Shown one piece after another: positions 1-11,537 of a stretch of 47,342 nucleotides of DNA. Positions within the stretch are counted from its first letter, which is position 1. The number at the start of each line of letters is the position of its first letter. The stretch covers positions 12,656,610 through 12,703,951 of the forward strand of contig NC_068991.1 of NCBI RefSeq assembly GCF_001194135.2, in the 5' to 3' direction. Under the pieces are notes generated by a model, which did no database searches, had not been told where the DNA came from, and saw only the letters and a program-made list of their open reading frames with translations. A program made the position numbers and the translations under genes. The stretch comes from Octopus bimaculoides (lineage: Eukaryota).

Positions 1-307
1 TGGCTGACGGAACGGATGGACGGCCAGGGAAGGAAGAAAAGAACGAAGGTATGTGAAGTAGATGGAAAGAAGCGGTGTGAGGAGGAGGCATGAGGGGAAA
101 ATGGTGAGAAATACAGTGGGGAGAAGAGGGAGGTGTGGAGAGAGGGAGGGATGGCGGGGGATGGTGAGAGGGAGGGAGGGAGTGAATCGGTGTCCATGCG
201 ATATTTAAAGTTAATTGGAAATGACGAGAAAGACATTGGTGAAATACGCCGTGTATATAGAGAGACAGAACCCTGTAATTTGTAACTAGCGAGATACACA
301 ACGGTAA

Positions 308-832
308 TGATGATGGTGGTGATGGTGATGATGATGATGATGGTGAGGCGGAGGTAGAGGAAGAGGACGATGGTGTTGGTAGCGATGCTGATGATGATGT
401 GAATGATGATGATAAGGAGGAAGTAGAAGAGAAGGAGGATGACGAGAAGGACGAGGAGGATGACGAGAAGGACGAGGAGGATGACGAGAAGGACGAGGAG
501 GATGACGAGAAGGACGAGGAGGATGACGAGAAGGACGAGGAGGATGACGAGAAGGACGAGGAGGATGACGAGGAGGATGACGAGAAGGACGAGGACGATG
601 ACGAGAAGGACGAGGAGGATGACGAGAAGGACGAGGAGGATGACGAGAAGGACGAGGAGGAGGGGGGAAGATGAGGAGGAAGATGAGGAGGGAGATGAGG
701 AGGGAGATGAGGAGGAAGATGAGGAGGACGATGGTGGTGGTGGTGATGATGATGATGATGATGTTGATGATGATGATTAGGAGGAGGAGGAGGGGGAGGA
801 CGATGATGGTGATGATGATGATGATGATGATG

Positions 833-873
<41 letters not shown>

Positions 874-1046
874 TATCAGGATGATCATGATGCTGTTGAT
901 GATGTCGGTGCCTTTTGATGGTGATGGCGCTGATAGTTGTAGTGGTGTTTTTGATGGCGGTGGCAGTGATTATGCCGATGAGATTGATAGTCGTGATGAT
1001 GATGATGAGGACGATGACGACGACGATGATGATGATGATGATGATG
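308..1046. repeat. Compound trinucleotide microsatellite field (GAT/GAG/GGT/CAT) containing a 21-bp minisatellite (GATGACGAGAAGGACGAGGAG)n at ~438-660
   Basis: About 10 tandem 21-bp units read directly from the sequence. The (GAT)n run switches to (CAT)n at ~833. Confidence 0.95.
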
Positions 1047-1326
1047 CCGGTGGTGGTGCTATCTAACGATAGTGAAAAAGAGGAACATTAACAACAACAA
1101 CGACGACAAGGCATATTGTTGGTAAAATCGCATCACCGAAAACTGGGTCTTTAGATACTCCTCCAGCAGATGGTTCTTGCGTCTAACGTCTGCTGATTAT
1201 TGGCAATGTCGACTGCTTAATTCCCCTGCAGGAAATACATTTAAATTTCGTAGGAAAAAATGTTTTTGTCCTTCTTTTATTGACTTTTTAATTATTATAT
1301 ATTTATATATTTTTATTGGTTTATAA

Positions 1327-1328
<2 letters not shown>

Positions 1329-1357
<29 letters not shown>

Positions 1358-1820
1358 CATACATACATAAGTATTATCTATGTGTGTATGTGTGTGTGAG
1401 TGTGTGTGTTTGTCTGTGTGTGTGTGTATCTGTCTCTGTGTGTGTGCGTGTGTATGTATGCATGTAAGTATGTATGTATATACATATTTATGCATGTGTA
1501 TGTCTGTGTGTGAATATGTATGCATATATATGTGTGTGTGTGTGAGCATGTATGCGTGTGTGTGTGTATGTGCGTGTATGTGTTTGTGTGTATGTGTGTG
1601 TACGTATATGTATATTTGTATGTATGTATGTATATATGTGTGCGTATGTGTGTATGAGAGAGAACGAGAGAGAGTGAGTGGGAGAGCGTAGTGTGTGCGC
1701 ATGCGTGTGTGTGTATGTGTCTGTGTGTATATGTGTGTACACGTATGTATGTATGTATGAGTGCGTGTGTGTGTATGTGCGCGTGTGTGTATGTGCGCGT
1801 GTGTGCATGTGTATGTGTGC

Positions 1821-1864
<44 letters not shown>

Positions 1865-1876
1865 ATGTGTGTGTGT
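1329..1876. repeat. (CATA)n followed by a degenerate (TG)n/(TATG)n microsatellite
   Basis: Direct reading. Confidence 0.95.
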
Positions 1877-2185
1877 ATTTCCAACCGCACTATAATGACA
1901 TTGAAAATGAGTGTTGCCAAGAGTTTCATGAAGACATCCTCAGAAATAACATCTGCTAAATATCGCCTCCTCTCTCTCTCTCTCTCTCTTTAAATAGTGG
2001 TCAATGACCTTCTCTGGCAATAATCTGTTGACTTTCTTTTTTTTTAAACTGTTTCCTTGTTAAACATGTTTAATATGCTAAACCCTCCCAACAACGCACA
2101 CACATCCACACACTCAATGTTTTATTCTCTACTGTCTTTCTAAATGTAAACCCTTTGAGGTTAATATGCAAACCATCATCATCAC

Positions 2186-2253
<68 letters not shown>

Positions 2254-2256
<3 letters not shown>

Positions 2257-2560
2257 GCTTGACTTTTGCTTTGTACTTGTACTAGTTGACTCCAAGTCTC
2301 ACCTCAAGAGACAACAAGTTAGAAGTTCATGTTGGTATTATGCTTAGGCTGTCATATATTTGGTCTTGCACATAATATTGTTCTAGAGAATGTCTAAGAA
2401 AACATAAGAAAATCATTATTAGTTCGTTTTAAAATTTGAGATTACATAGACAGTATTCTATATAGGATATGGGCAGTTCCCATGGGCACTATCTTTTGAA
2501 TTTCTGCCATTTTGGGATTACCTGGTACCTGATTCAGGTAGCAATCAGCCCCTTTTTCCT
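2254..2560 (-). mobile_element. 5'-truncated 3' end of an R4/Dong-clade non-LTR retrotransposon
   Basis: The minus strand reads KGADCYLNQVPGNPKMAEIQKIVPMGTAHILYRILSM* (stop at 2442-2444). This matches the QK.VLLGTAHILR C-terminus typical of R4-clade ORFs. A ~190-bp 3' UTR follows, then (TAA)n at 2187-2253. (ATT)n also abuts the other end at 2561. Confidence 0.8.
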
Positions 2561-2605
2561 ATTATTATTATTTTTATTATTATTATTATTATTATCATCA
2601 TTATT

Positions 2606-2661
<56 letters not shown>

Positions 2662-2662
2662 T

Positions 2663-2694
<32 letters not shown>

Positions 2695-3079
2695 TATTGT
2701 TATTTCACATATACACAACAGATTAAATTGTTGGAAAAGAAACACCTTAGGAATCCCTAATGACGCTGTTTTCCTAATTTGTTTAATATCCCAATGCAAT
2801 CTTGTAACGATATAATTAAGACTACATCTATTTTCTTTTTGTGCAAGTTTACTGAAATCGCTTAGCAGACGGTTAATATTTTCGTTCCCTTTCCTACACA
2901 TTCGTTATTTTCAGTCTGACTGAGTCAAATTCGTTCTAATGTCTTGTTTTTGAATAGCTATTAGTTGTGATTCACTTAAAACTCTTAAAACTGAAATATT
3001 ACAAATTTAACAGAATTTCAGTTTTTAGATTCTGGTATTTCCTTACAATATATCATTGCTAATCATAAATAACATTCAT

Positions 3080-3915
3080 TGCAACACGTCCAGCTTGCTA
3101 TTACTTCAAGTCTCTATCATGCCTGTAGATCTTACCCACTGAACTGCCAATACTCCTAGTAGCAATATTAGGTCAGGAATTGATTTGAAATTATCTATAC
3201 ACTTTGAACCGAAAGTCCTCCGCAAAAGAGTATCTAGTTGAGCCGTCTTTATGCCCTTTTTCCCCGAGGATGTCGGTCGCCCTTGCCCGCCAGCAATTCT
3301 CTATAAAACGTTAAGGTGGAACATTACATTTACCGACGGCATAGCCTGATCGGTAGAAGGTTATGAACATCTGATGATACTTCAGGTGCCTGCCTTCGGC
3401 TACTCTTGACCTATGACTGCTCCTGTCAAGAGACACGCTATAGAAATGCGAGTCTGACAAACAGCGTCCGTGCCTGCTCACCATCGAGGAAACACTGGAA
3501 ATGACAAGCTCCAGCGCATGTCTGCTCATCATTAGCTGTGCCCAGGCTTCCACTCAGCTTATATTGACAACAAATGAATCGTTTAACTAGCAGGACCCGT
3601 CCTCTCCATAGAAAGTGGAAGGGCAAACGCTCTAGTTAGGCCAGCCATAAAGCGAGACAACGCACGATGGTCAGAAAGCTAGGAAATGAGAGATAGGGTA
3701 TAGGCGTTCACCGTTTCCATTCTACACTGTAGAGAAAGTTTCCTTTCGACCCATTTCTGGTTAAGACTAGCCATTCTGATTCCCAACTGACCCCAGTTCT
3801 TATCTCCATGGAGATCTAAACCAAATCAGCTCTCGGCCTAATATAACCGGTCCGTCTGTTCAGCTCTTCAGCACACTGTCGAATAATAATTTCTTCTATT
3901 CGCCACCCGGGCGAC
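3080..3915 (-). mobile_element. Degenerate Tx1/L1-clade LINE ORF2 fragment (post-RT region)
   Basis: Frameshifted minus-strand peptides: TDGPV..W..DL.ME.NW, KWVERKLSLQCRMETVNAYTLSLI, PFHFLWRGRVLLVKRFICCQYKLSGSLG, MSRHALEL, RTFGSKCIDNF. These resemble the W..R.LS..GR...N / F.FLW / GGLG signature of Tx1-like elements. Multiple stops. Confidence 0.75.
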
Positions 3916-4506
<591 letters not shown>

Positions 4507-5483
4507 GGAATACAGACAGACAGAAGGACATTATAGCGGGCATTATAGTGTGACATTGAGTTGACGGTGGGTGAGTTGGACTTGAGTGGTGACGGTAAAG
4601 ATGGCGAACAATGGTCTGAGATTGTATCGATGAAGGTTAGAGGAGGGGGTTGAGTGTGCGCGAGTCGGTGGCGGGTGGGGGGGAGTCACACAAACGGAAG
4701 TTGTTTGAAGGACAANNNNNNNNNNNNNNNNNNNNNNNNNNNNNNNNNNNNNNNNNNNNNNNNNNNNNNNNNNNNNNNNNNNNNNNNNNNNNNNNNNNNN
4801 NNNNNNNNNNNNNNNNNNNNNNNNNNNNNNNNNNNNNNNNNNNNNNNNNNNNNNNNNNNNNNNNNNNNNNNNNNNNNNNNNNNNNNNNNNNNNNNNNNNN
4901 NNNNNNNNNNNNNNNNNNNNNNNNNNNNNNNNNNNNNNNNNNNNNNNNNNNNNNNNNNNNNNNNNNNNNNNNNNNNNNNNNNNNNNNNNNNNNNNNNNNN
5001 NNNNNNNNNNNNNNNNNNNNNNNNNNNNNNNNNNNNNNNNNNNNNNNNNNNNNNNNNNNNNNNNNNNNNNNNNNNNNNNNNNNNNNNNNNNNNNNNNNNN
5101 NNNNNNNNNNNNNNNNNNNNNNNNNNNNNNNNNNNNNNNNNNNNNNNNNNNNNNNNNNNNNNNNNNNNNNNNNNNNNNNNNNNNNNNNNNNNNNNNNNNN
5201 NNNNNNNNNNNNNNNNNNNNNNNNNNNNNNNNNNNNNNNNNNNNNNNNNNNNNNNNNNNNNNNNNNNNNNNNNNNNNNNNNNNNNNNNNNNNNNNNNNNN
5301 NNNNNNNNNNNNNNNNNNNNNNNNNNNNNNNNNNNNNNNNNNNNNNNNNNNNNNNNNNNNNNNNNNNNNNNNNNNNNNNNNNNNNNNNNNNNNNNNNNNN
5401 NNNNNNNNNNNNNNNNNNNNNNNNNNNNNNNNNNNNNNNNNNNNNNNNNNNNNNNNNNNNNNNNNNNNNNNNNNNNNNNNNNN

Positions 5484-5536
<53 letters not shown>

Positions 5537-6919
5537 CATACATACATACATACATACAAACATGCATACATATGTGTACATATACATACATACATAAATA
5601 TATTTACATATGCACACACACACATATGCATGCACAGTGCGAAAGAGAAAGGAGAAAAGACAGAAAGAAAGAGACAGAGGCTGAGAGAAAGAGGCTAACA
5701 GAGAGCAAAGGGAGAGGGCGAGATGAACAGAATTAAAGGAAATGGTTTTTACAATGGCGGAATGAAAAATCCAACGTGTGGAAATTACCAGAATGTTGAA
5801 TACCATTAACCTTACGTCTTTATCCCTAAGGACTCTCCAAGCGACTTCCAGGGCTCGATACAGCGAACAGTAAAGCTGTATAGTTAGTTAGTTGCCGTGT
5901 ACAATGCTTATGAAGGCCATAAATTTTACCTTTCAGCGTTTAGGTCTAAGGTGAGCCAGCTTGTTTACAATTCATGGACATGCTTCGTGCGAATCTCGCG
6001 GGAACAGCGCAAACGTGGTCATCTCGCGCGGCTGCTGAAAGTTATCAGCACTTTAATTCAATTTTCCGAAGCTTTCTCATTACTGCGGGGAAATCTTATC
6101 ATGATTGCCTATCAGTCTATCAGTGTGAGCTCAGAAACAATCGTTCTTTATTGATATATATGTGTATATGATATGCCTATGACATATANNNNNNNNNNNN
6201 NNNNNNNNNNNNNNNNNNNNNNNNNNNNNNNNNNNNNNNNNNNNNNNNNNNNNNNNNNNNNNNNNNNNNNNNNNNNNNNNNNNNNNNNNNNNNNNNNNNN
6301 NNNNNNNNNNNNNNNNNNNNNNNNNNNNNNNNNNNNNNNNNNNNNNNNNNNNNNNNNNNNNNNNNNNNNNNNNNNNNNNNNNNNNNNNNNNNNNNNNNNN
6401 NNNNNNNNNNNNNNNNNNNNNNNNNNNNNNNNNNNNNNNNNNNNNNNNNNNNNNNNNNNNNNNNNNNNNNNNNNNNNNNNNNNNNNNNNNNNNNNNNNNN
6501 NNNNNNNNNNNNNNNNNNNNNNNNNNNNNNNNNNNNNNNNNNNNNNNNNNNNNNNNNNNNNNNNNNNNNNNNNNNNNNNNNNNNNNNNNNNNNNNNNNNN
6601 NNNNNNNNNNNNNNNNNNNNNNNNNNNNNNNNNNNNNNNNNNNNNNNNNNNNNNNNNNNNNNNNNNNNNNNNNNNNNNNNNNNNNNNNNNNNNNNNNNNN
6701 NNNNNNNNNNNNNNNNNNNNNNNNNNNNNNNNNNNNNNNNNNNNNNNNNNNNNNNNNNNNNNNNNNNNNNNNNNNNNNNNNNNNNNNNNNNNNNNNNNNN
6801 NNNNNNNNNNNNNNNNNNNNNTATATATATGTACATATATTTTTCATTCTTTTTTCATTTTATCTAGTTTCAGCTCATGAGCTGTAGCTATGCTGGGGCA
6901 CCGCCATTAAAAGAATTAA

Positions 6920-7001
6920 CGCTGCGAACAGGATTCGAACCTGTGAGGGCATTGCCCATTGGATTTCGAGTCCAACGCCTTAACCACTCGGCCATCGCAG
7001 C
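6920..7001 (-). tRNA. tRNA-Ser-CGA: tRNA-Ser, anticodon CGA, intronless, 82 nt
   Basis: Reverse complement GCTGCGATGGCCGAGTGGTTAAGGCGTTGGACTCGAAATCCAATGGGCAATGCCCTCACAGGTTCGAATCCTGTTCGCAGCG. It has a perfect 7-bp acceptor stem, D arm GCC/GGC, anticodon stem TTGGA/TCCAA around CT-CGA-AA, long variable arm GGGC/GCCC and T arm ACAGG-TTCGAAT-CCTGT. A and B boxes are intact. A TTTT terminator lies at 6909-6912. Confidence 0.97.
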
Positions 7002-7062
7002 ATCTACGATATAATGAATATTATATAAGGAATATATACATATATAATTCCGCTGGTGTCAC

Positions 7063-7117
<55 letters not shown>

Positions 7118-7157
7118 ATAATTTCACCGCTATCGCTATATATATATATAGTGACAC

Positions 7158-7255
7158 CGGCGGAATTTGAATTCAGAGCGACGAAACAAATGCCGCAAGA
7201 CATTTTATGCGCCCATATAAAGACTCTGCCCATTTGTTGTAAGATATATAGTGCA
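7158..7255 (-). mobile_element. Fragment of SINE family B (5' part)
   Basis: GGCGGAATTTGAATTCAGAGCG...ATGCCGCAAGACATT matches the minus-strand copy at 16389-16440. Confidence 0.6.
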
Positions 7256-7364
7256 TCAGTATAAACACTATACGCTAATCCCTTGCCATATCGCGGTTCA
7301 CCTATCACGGTTTATTATTTAAGCTTACGTCGATTCCTCTGACTGGACATTACATTCAACCCTA

Positions 7365-7382
7365 TAGATAGATAGATAGATG

Positions 7383-7444
<62 letters not shown>
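7365..7444. repeat. (GATA)n microsatellite
   Basis: Direct reading. Confidence 0.95.
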
Positions 7445-7500
7445 AAAAATTATTCAGATGGTCAATGGCATGATATTCCCCTGTCATTTTATTCATTCTT

Positions 7501-7720
7501 CTAGGGCGTGATGTTAATAACCCGCGGACATATTTTCTCCTCATGCATTTTGAGAAGTGAAAGTGAAGCGGATTCAGAATATTTTCTGAGAATATGCACA
7601 TTCAAGTTTTTTTCAGAATTGCAACCGTTTGAAACACAATGTTCGGCAAGTTCTCTCGATCTGCTGTCGAATCTGTGCTCATTAAATCTTTTGTTTAATT
7701 GTTGACTCGTCTTATTGCAC
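7501..7720 (-). mobile_element. GIY-YIG endonuclease C-terminal remnant, probably from a Penelope-like element
   Basis: Peptide KTSQQLNKRFNEHRFDSRSRELAEHCVSNGCNSEKNLNVHIL...LLKMHEEK resembles the G.T.R.L..R..EH....S.LA.H...H....IL....E motif of PLE GIY-YIG domains. The GIY/YIG strands are missing because the Tx1 fragment begins at ~7722. Confidence 0.55.
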
Positions 7721-7721
7721 A

Positions 7722-8380
7722 ATGAACAGGGCCTACCTCTCTTGGAGTATCTGCACGCTGTACCTTGAAAAACAGCCGCAAGTGAGGTACGTACACTATG
7801 GGTTTATGTCGAACACCTTCTGTCGCGGGTGGGACGGATCCGGTTGTCAACTGAAGATCGGGAAGATCGCCCCGCTATCTTCCTTTAACCGGGAAGGAAA
7901 GGCTGTGTTTATATTCCTGGTGGCCATGGCGAAAGAGGTTGTATGGTGGACGAGAATGAAGGGACTGAAGACAAACACTTTACGCTTTGGCCAATCCCTG
8001 GAAAGGAAAATAGGGGTAGAGAAGAAAGTGTTGTCTTTTAGTCAGTTTACTGAAAGATGGATGAAAGTAGCGAGAATGGTGGCAGTGAACGGGCCTGCCC
8101 TGAGCATATGCCTGTAGTTGGAAAAAAAGGAAAGGAAAAAAGGTACCTGCTTCAAAAGTCAGGGTACCCATGGTTTTTTATGGGTTTTTTTCATGAGCAG
8201 CCCTCTAACGTCTCCTCCTCATTGAGGATTAACATATTGTTGATTTCTTTTTTTTTTTCTAATTTTGTTAGTCTCATAACAACACACTCACACACATACA
8301 CACACACATTCTCTATTTTGTGTTGTAATGTCCATAATGTTTTTTCTTAATGTAAACCCTTGTAATTAGTAAAGAAATCA
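7722..8380 (+). mobile_element. 3' end of a Tx1/L1-clade LINE (ORF2 C-terminus plus 3' UTR)
   Basis: ORF 7722-8117 ends KIAPLSSFNREGKAVFIFLVAMAKEVVWWTRMKGL...FTERWMKVARM...ICL*, resembling the A....W..R...F...W C-terminus of Tx1-like elements. An AT-rich UTR runs into (ATT/ATC)n at 8378-8610. Confidence 0.65.
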
Positions 8381-8398
8381 TTATTATTATTATTATTA

Positions 8399-8495
<97 letters not shown>

Positions 8496-8517
8496 TATTA
8501 TTATTATTATTATTATT

Positions 8518-8610
<93 letters not shown>

Positions 8611-8613
<3 letters not shown>

Positions 8614-8836
8614 GCGGCGAGCTGGCAGAAACGTTAGCACGCCGGGCGAAATGCTTAGCGGCATTTNNNNNNNNNNNNNNNNNNNNNNNNNNNNNNNNNN
8701 NNNNNNNNNNNNNNNNTCATCCTTTGCGGGGGGGAGTCGATTAATTAAGTACCAGTTACGTACTGGGGTCGATCTAATCGACAGCCCCCCCCCACCTCCC
8801 CCAAAATTTCGAGCCATGTGCCTAGAGCAGAAAAGA
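8611..8836 (+). mobile_element. SINE family B, near full length (contains a small gap)
   Basis: GGCGAGCTGGCAGAAACGTTAGC head, AAGTACCAG..GGGGTCGATCTAATCGAC body and AGAAAAGATTATT tail. Homologous copies occur elsewhere in the window. Confidence 0.8.
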
Positions 8837-10435
8837 TTATTATTTTATTTATTTATTTTTTTTTTTTTTGGTTATAGTACTAATAATAAATGGAAAATAA
8901 AGACGATGAAGTTGATTTGCTATGAAAAATTAAAGAGAGACAAAGAACAAATGGAATCAATAAATCGCGTTCTTTACACTTAAACACATCAACGATAGTT
9001 TTAATCTCATTAAGACGAAGATTTCCTCACACGAAATATTAGAATTTAAGTTCTGTTCTTGCTTCTGGTGTTTAAAGGTCACGCCATATTCCCTAGTAAC
9101 ATCGGAAAAAGAAATAAAGAAATAAAATAATTAAACAAAAACAAAAATATATATATATATATCAACAATTAAGAACGACGTATAAATTGCTGTTGGAGGT
9201 GTTGCCGTCGTCGTCGTCGTCGTTGTTGTTGTTGTTGTTGTTGTTTTTGCAGGTTTCGAGGTTTGGGGGTTCAGGGAGTCTCTTTTTCCTGTGTAACCCC
9301 CTTGTCAGTTGTTTGTTAATAACTGCGTTTTTCCTAACCTCCTCCCTCTCTAAAGCTTCCTTTTGTTTAGTTTGGTTGGGTTGTTGGGTTCTTATTAGGG
9401 GATTTTGCATATTTGTTGGGGTCTTTTGTTTGTTTGTTTGTTTTTTTTGTCGGTCTTCGTTATTTTTCCTGTCAAACAATGGGTAAAAATCGCCTTAGAG
9501 ATTGTGTAGGAAAAGGGCGATTCTGTTTATTCAAACCTGGAACAATAGAAGGGACAGAGCGAGCGAAAGAAAGAAAGAAAGGAAAGGAAAACGAGGAAGA
9601 GTGAGAAATAACAATCTCCCCAGAGAGAGAAAGAGAGAGAGAGAAAGAAAAAACAAACAAGCAAAAAGGAAAGCAAAAAGAAAAAATAATAAAAACATGT
9701 GAATTATGCCATTAGCTTCCCAATTTGAGCCGTTCCGTATCGTTTAACAATTTATCCAGTGATAAACTGAACTTTTGCATTGCTTGCTTGCTTCGATTTG
9801 CAGACCTGCTGTCCCATTAAATAAGATTAAATGAGAAGCCTGTGTGATTATATTCGATTTATTCAACTGCTATAATATTAAACGCAATTAATTAATCACT
9901 TTCCATAGCTTCTAAATCAGATGAATCGACATTTTCAAGCGATTTAAGCTAATCATTGTAACTATGGCGGAGCTATTAAAAGTAATTAACTAACGCTTCA
10001 GTTTATTAAACAATACCTCTCCGCCATTCTTTCCTGGTATTTCACGCGTGTTTGACATATTTAACTAAACCATTTATTAATCTATCTAGCTTTAAAAGTC
10101 CTGGCTGAAATCTAATAAACACACTGCTTTTTAATATACCATCTGGTGAGCAAATTCAAATTGCATAGAATACTTGTTTATGATTGTCTCTTTTTCCCGA
10201 GAATTAGCCAACAATGTAACCAACTTTGCACTACTCCCATCCTAAAACCTATCCGATTACACAACTCTTCCCTGTTGTTTTGTCTCCTGTGTATCAAAGT
10301 AAACCAACATAGATAAATACTAAACGCTTAACACATTCATCACTCACAAAACCATCATCAAATCTGTATCCTAGGATTTAGTGGATCTTGACTGATATCA
10401 TTCTCACCATTTCTGGGGAAAGGGAATTATTTGAT

Positions 10436-11262
10436 TGTAAACCGGATATCATATTGAGAAACAGATGACTGTAGGCCAGATAACCACAGCTAGGGAACAG
10501 CATGAAGTGACTGTAGGCCAGATATCACAGCTAAGAGAGGGGATTAGTTGACCACAGGTCAGATACCGGAGCTAGGGGACAGCATTAGGTGATAGTAAAC
10601 AAGATGTCACTTCTGGAAAAGGGCTTTAGATGACTGTAAGCTAGATACCACAGCTAAAAGAGAACATTAGGTGAGTGTAAGCGGAGCCGGATTAAGATCC
10701 ATAAAAGCCCTAAGCACTTAAAAGATTTTGGTGGCCCCGCTATATATGTAATTCAAAACATAAGCAGTAATAAACCATAAAATGAATTTTTATTTTTTCA
10801 ACATGAAACAAAACTAACAGGAAGATGGAAAATATTGTTTAATTTTGTATACTTCCATTTTATTTATATTTGAGAAATTTTTTTCCTACTGTTTTTTTAA
10901 TTGCAAAGTCATTTACCAGATCCTCAAAATTAATCTTATGTAACACAACTGTTTCTATACTTAGTAGAGATAAGGAATCCTGTATTTTGTTTTAGCAAGT
11001 TTTAAATGATTTCTTTTGTGTTGTAAACCATTTACCATTTCTGTGGTGCCCCCTCCTTCCCTTGGTTCTCCAAACACGTGCTTATTTTGCCTGATGATTA
11101 GTCCAGCGCTAGGGCAGATACCACAGCTTGGAGAGGACATCAGGTGAGTGTAGGACAGATACCAAAGCTAAGAGAGGGCGTCAAATGGCTGTAAAGCAGA
11201 CACTACGACTGGATGATAACATAGGGTAACTATAGCCCAGATACCACAGCTGGGAGAAGGTA
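10436..11262. repeat. 41-bp degenerate minisatellite (consensus approx. GTGACTGTAGGCCAGATACCACAGCTAGGGAGAGCATTAG) interrupted by an insertion
   Basis: CAGATA-like anchors at 10477, 10519, 10560, 10601 and 10642, then at 11115, 11156, 11197 and 11238 (period 41-42). Confidence 0.85.
10682..11111. mobile_element. Putative non-autonomous DNA transposon (MITE, hAT-like termini), ~430 bp
   Basis: An AT-rich block interrupts the 41-bp array. Its ends, GGAGCCGGATTAAG and TTAGTCCAGCGCT, form an imperfect inverted pair resembling (CA)GGGCCGGATT hAT-type termini. No clean TSD is visible. Confidence 0.5.
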
Positions 11263-11332
11263 TTTAATGAATACAGACCAGTGCTGGGATCGATGGCATC
11301 GACTAACGCCCTCTGTTGGCTTTGTACCTAAA

Positions 11333-11537
11333 AAGCAGTGAGTTGGCAGAATTGTCAAGAATGTTTTGCATATTTTATTCTGGCTTTTTGTGTTCTGAGT
11401 TCAAACCCCGCCAAAATCAACTTTGCCTTTCATCTTCTGAGGTCTATAAAATAAGATACCAGTCAAGTACTTGGGTCGATTTAAGCGACTGAAACCCCAC
11501 CCTAAAATGATTGGCCTTGTGTCAAAATTAGAAAGGA
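11333..11537 (+). mobile_element. SINE family B, diverged copy
   Basis: GTTCTGAGTTCAAACCCCGCC..TTTGCCTTTCATC..ACCAGTCAAGTACTTGGGTCGAT..AGAAAGGATCATC. Confidence 0.75.

Noticed and set aside
399-674. Acidic ORF (DEKDEED repeats) as a real protein
   Set aside because: It is the translation of a 21-bp minisatellite embedded in trinucleotide repeats. There are no splice signals or non-repetitive coding context, and other frames are equally open.
1100-1260. Unique stretch with open frames on both strands
   Set aside because: No recognisable peptide, and no consistent acceptor/donor pair giving a stop-free exon.
3136-3300. Apparent minus-strand exon (TTTTATAG|...TGG|GTAAGA)
   Set aside because: It lies inside the frameshifted Tx1 ORF2 remnant, so the splice-like motifs are probably coincidental.
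4543-5806. Long ORFs spanning N runs (also at 6.1, 16.4, 18.7, 23-26, 31-33, 35.7, 41.6 and 45 kb)
   Set aside because: These are artefacts of translating N gaps and dinucleotide repeats.
11091-11130. CTGATGA as a hammerhead core
   Set aside because: No stem II followed by GAAA. It is part of the MITE-like terminus.
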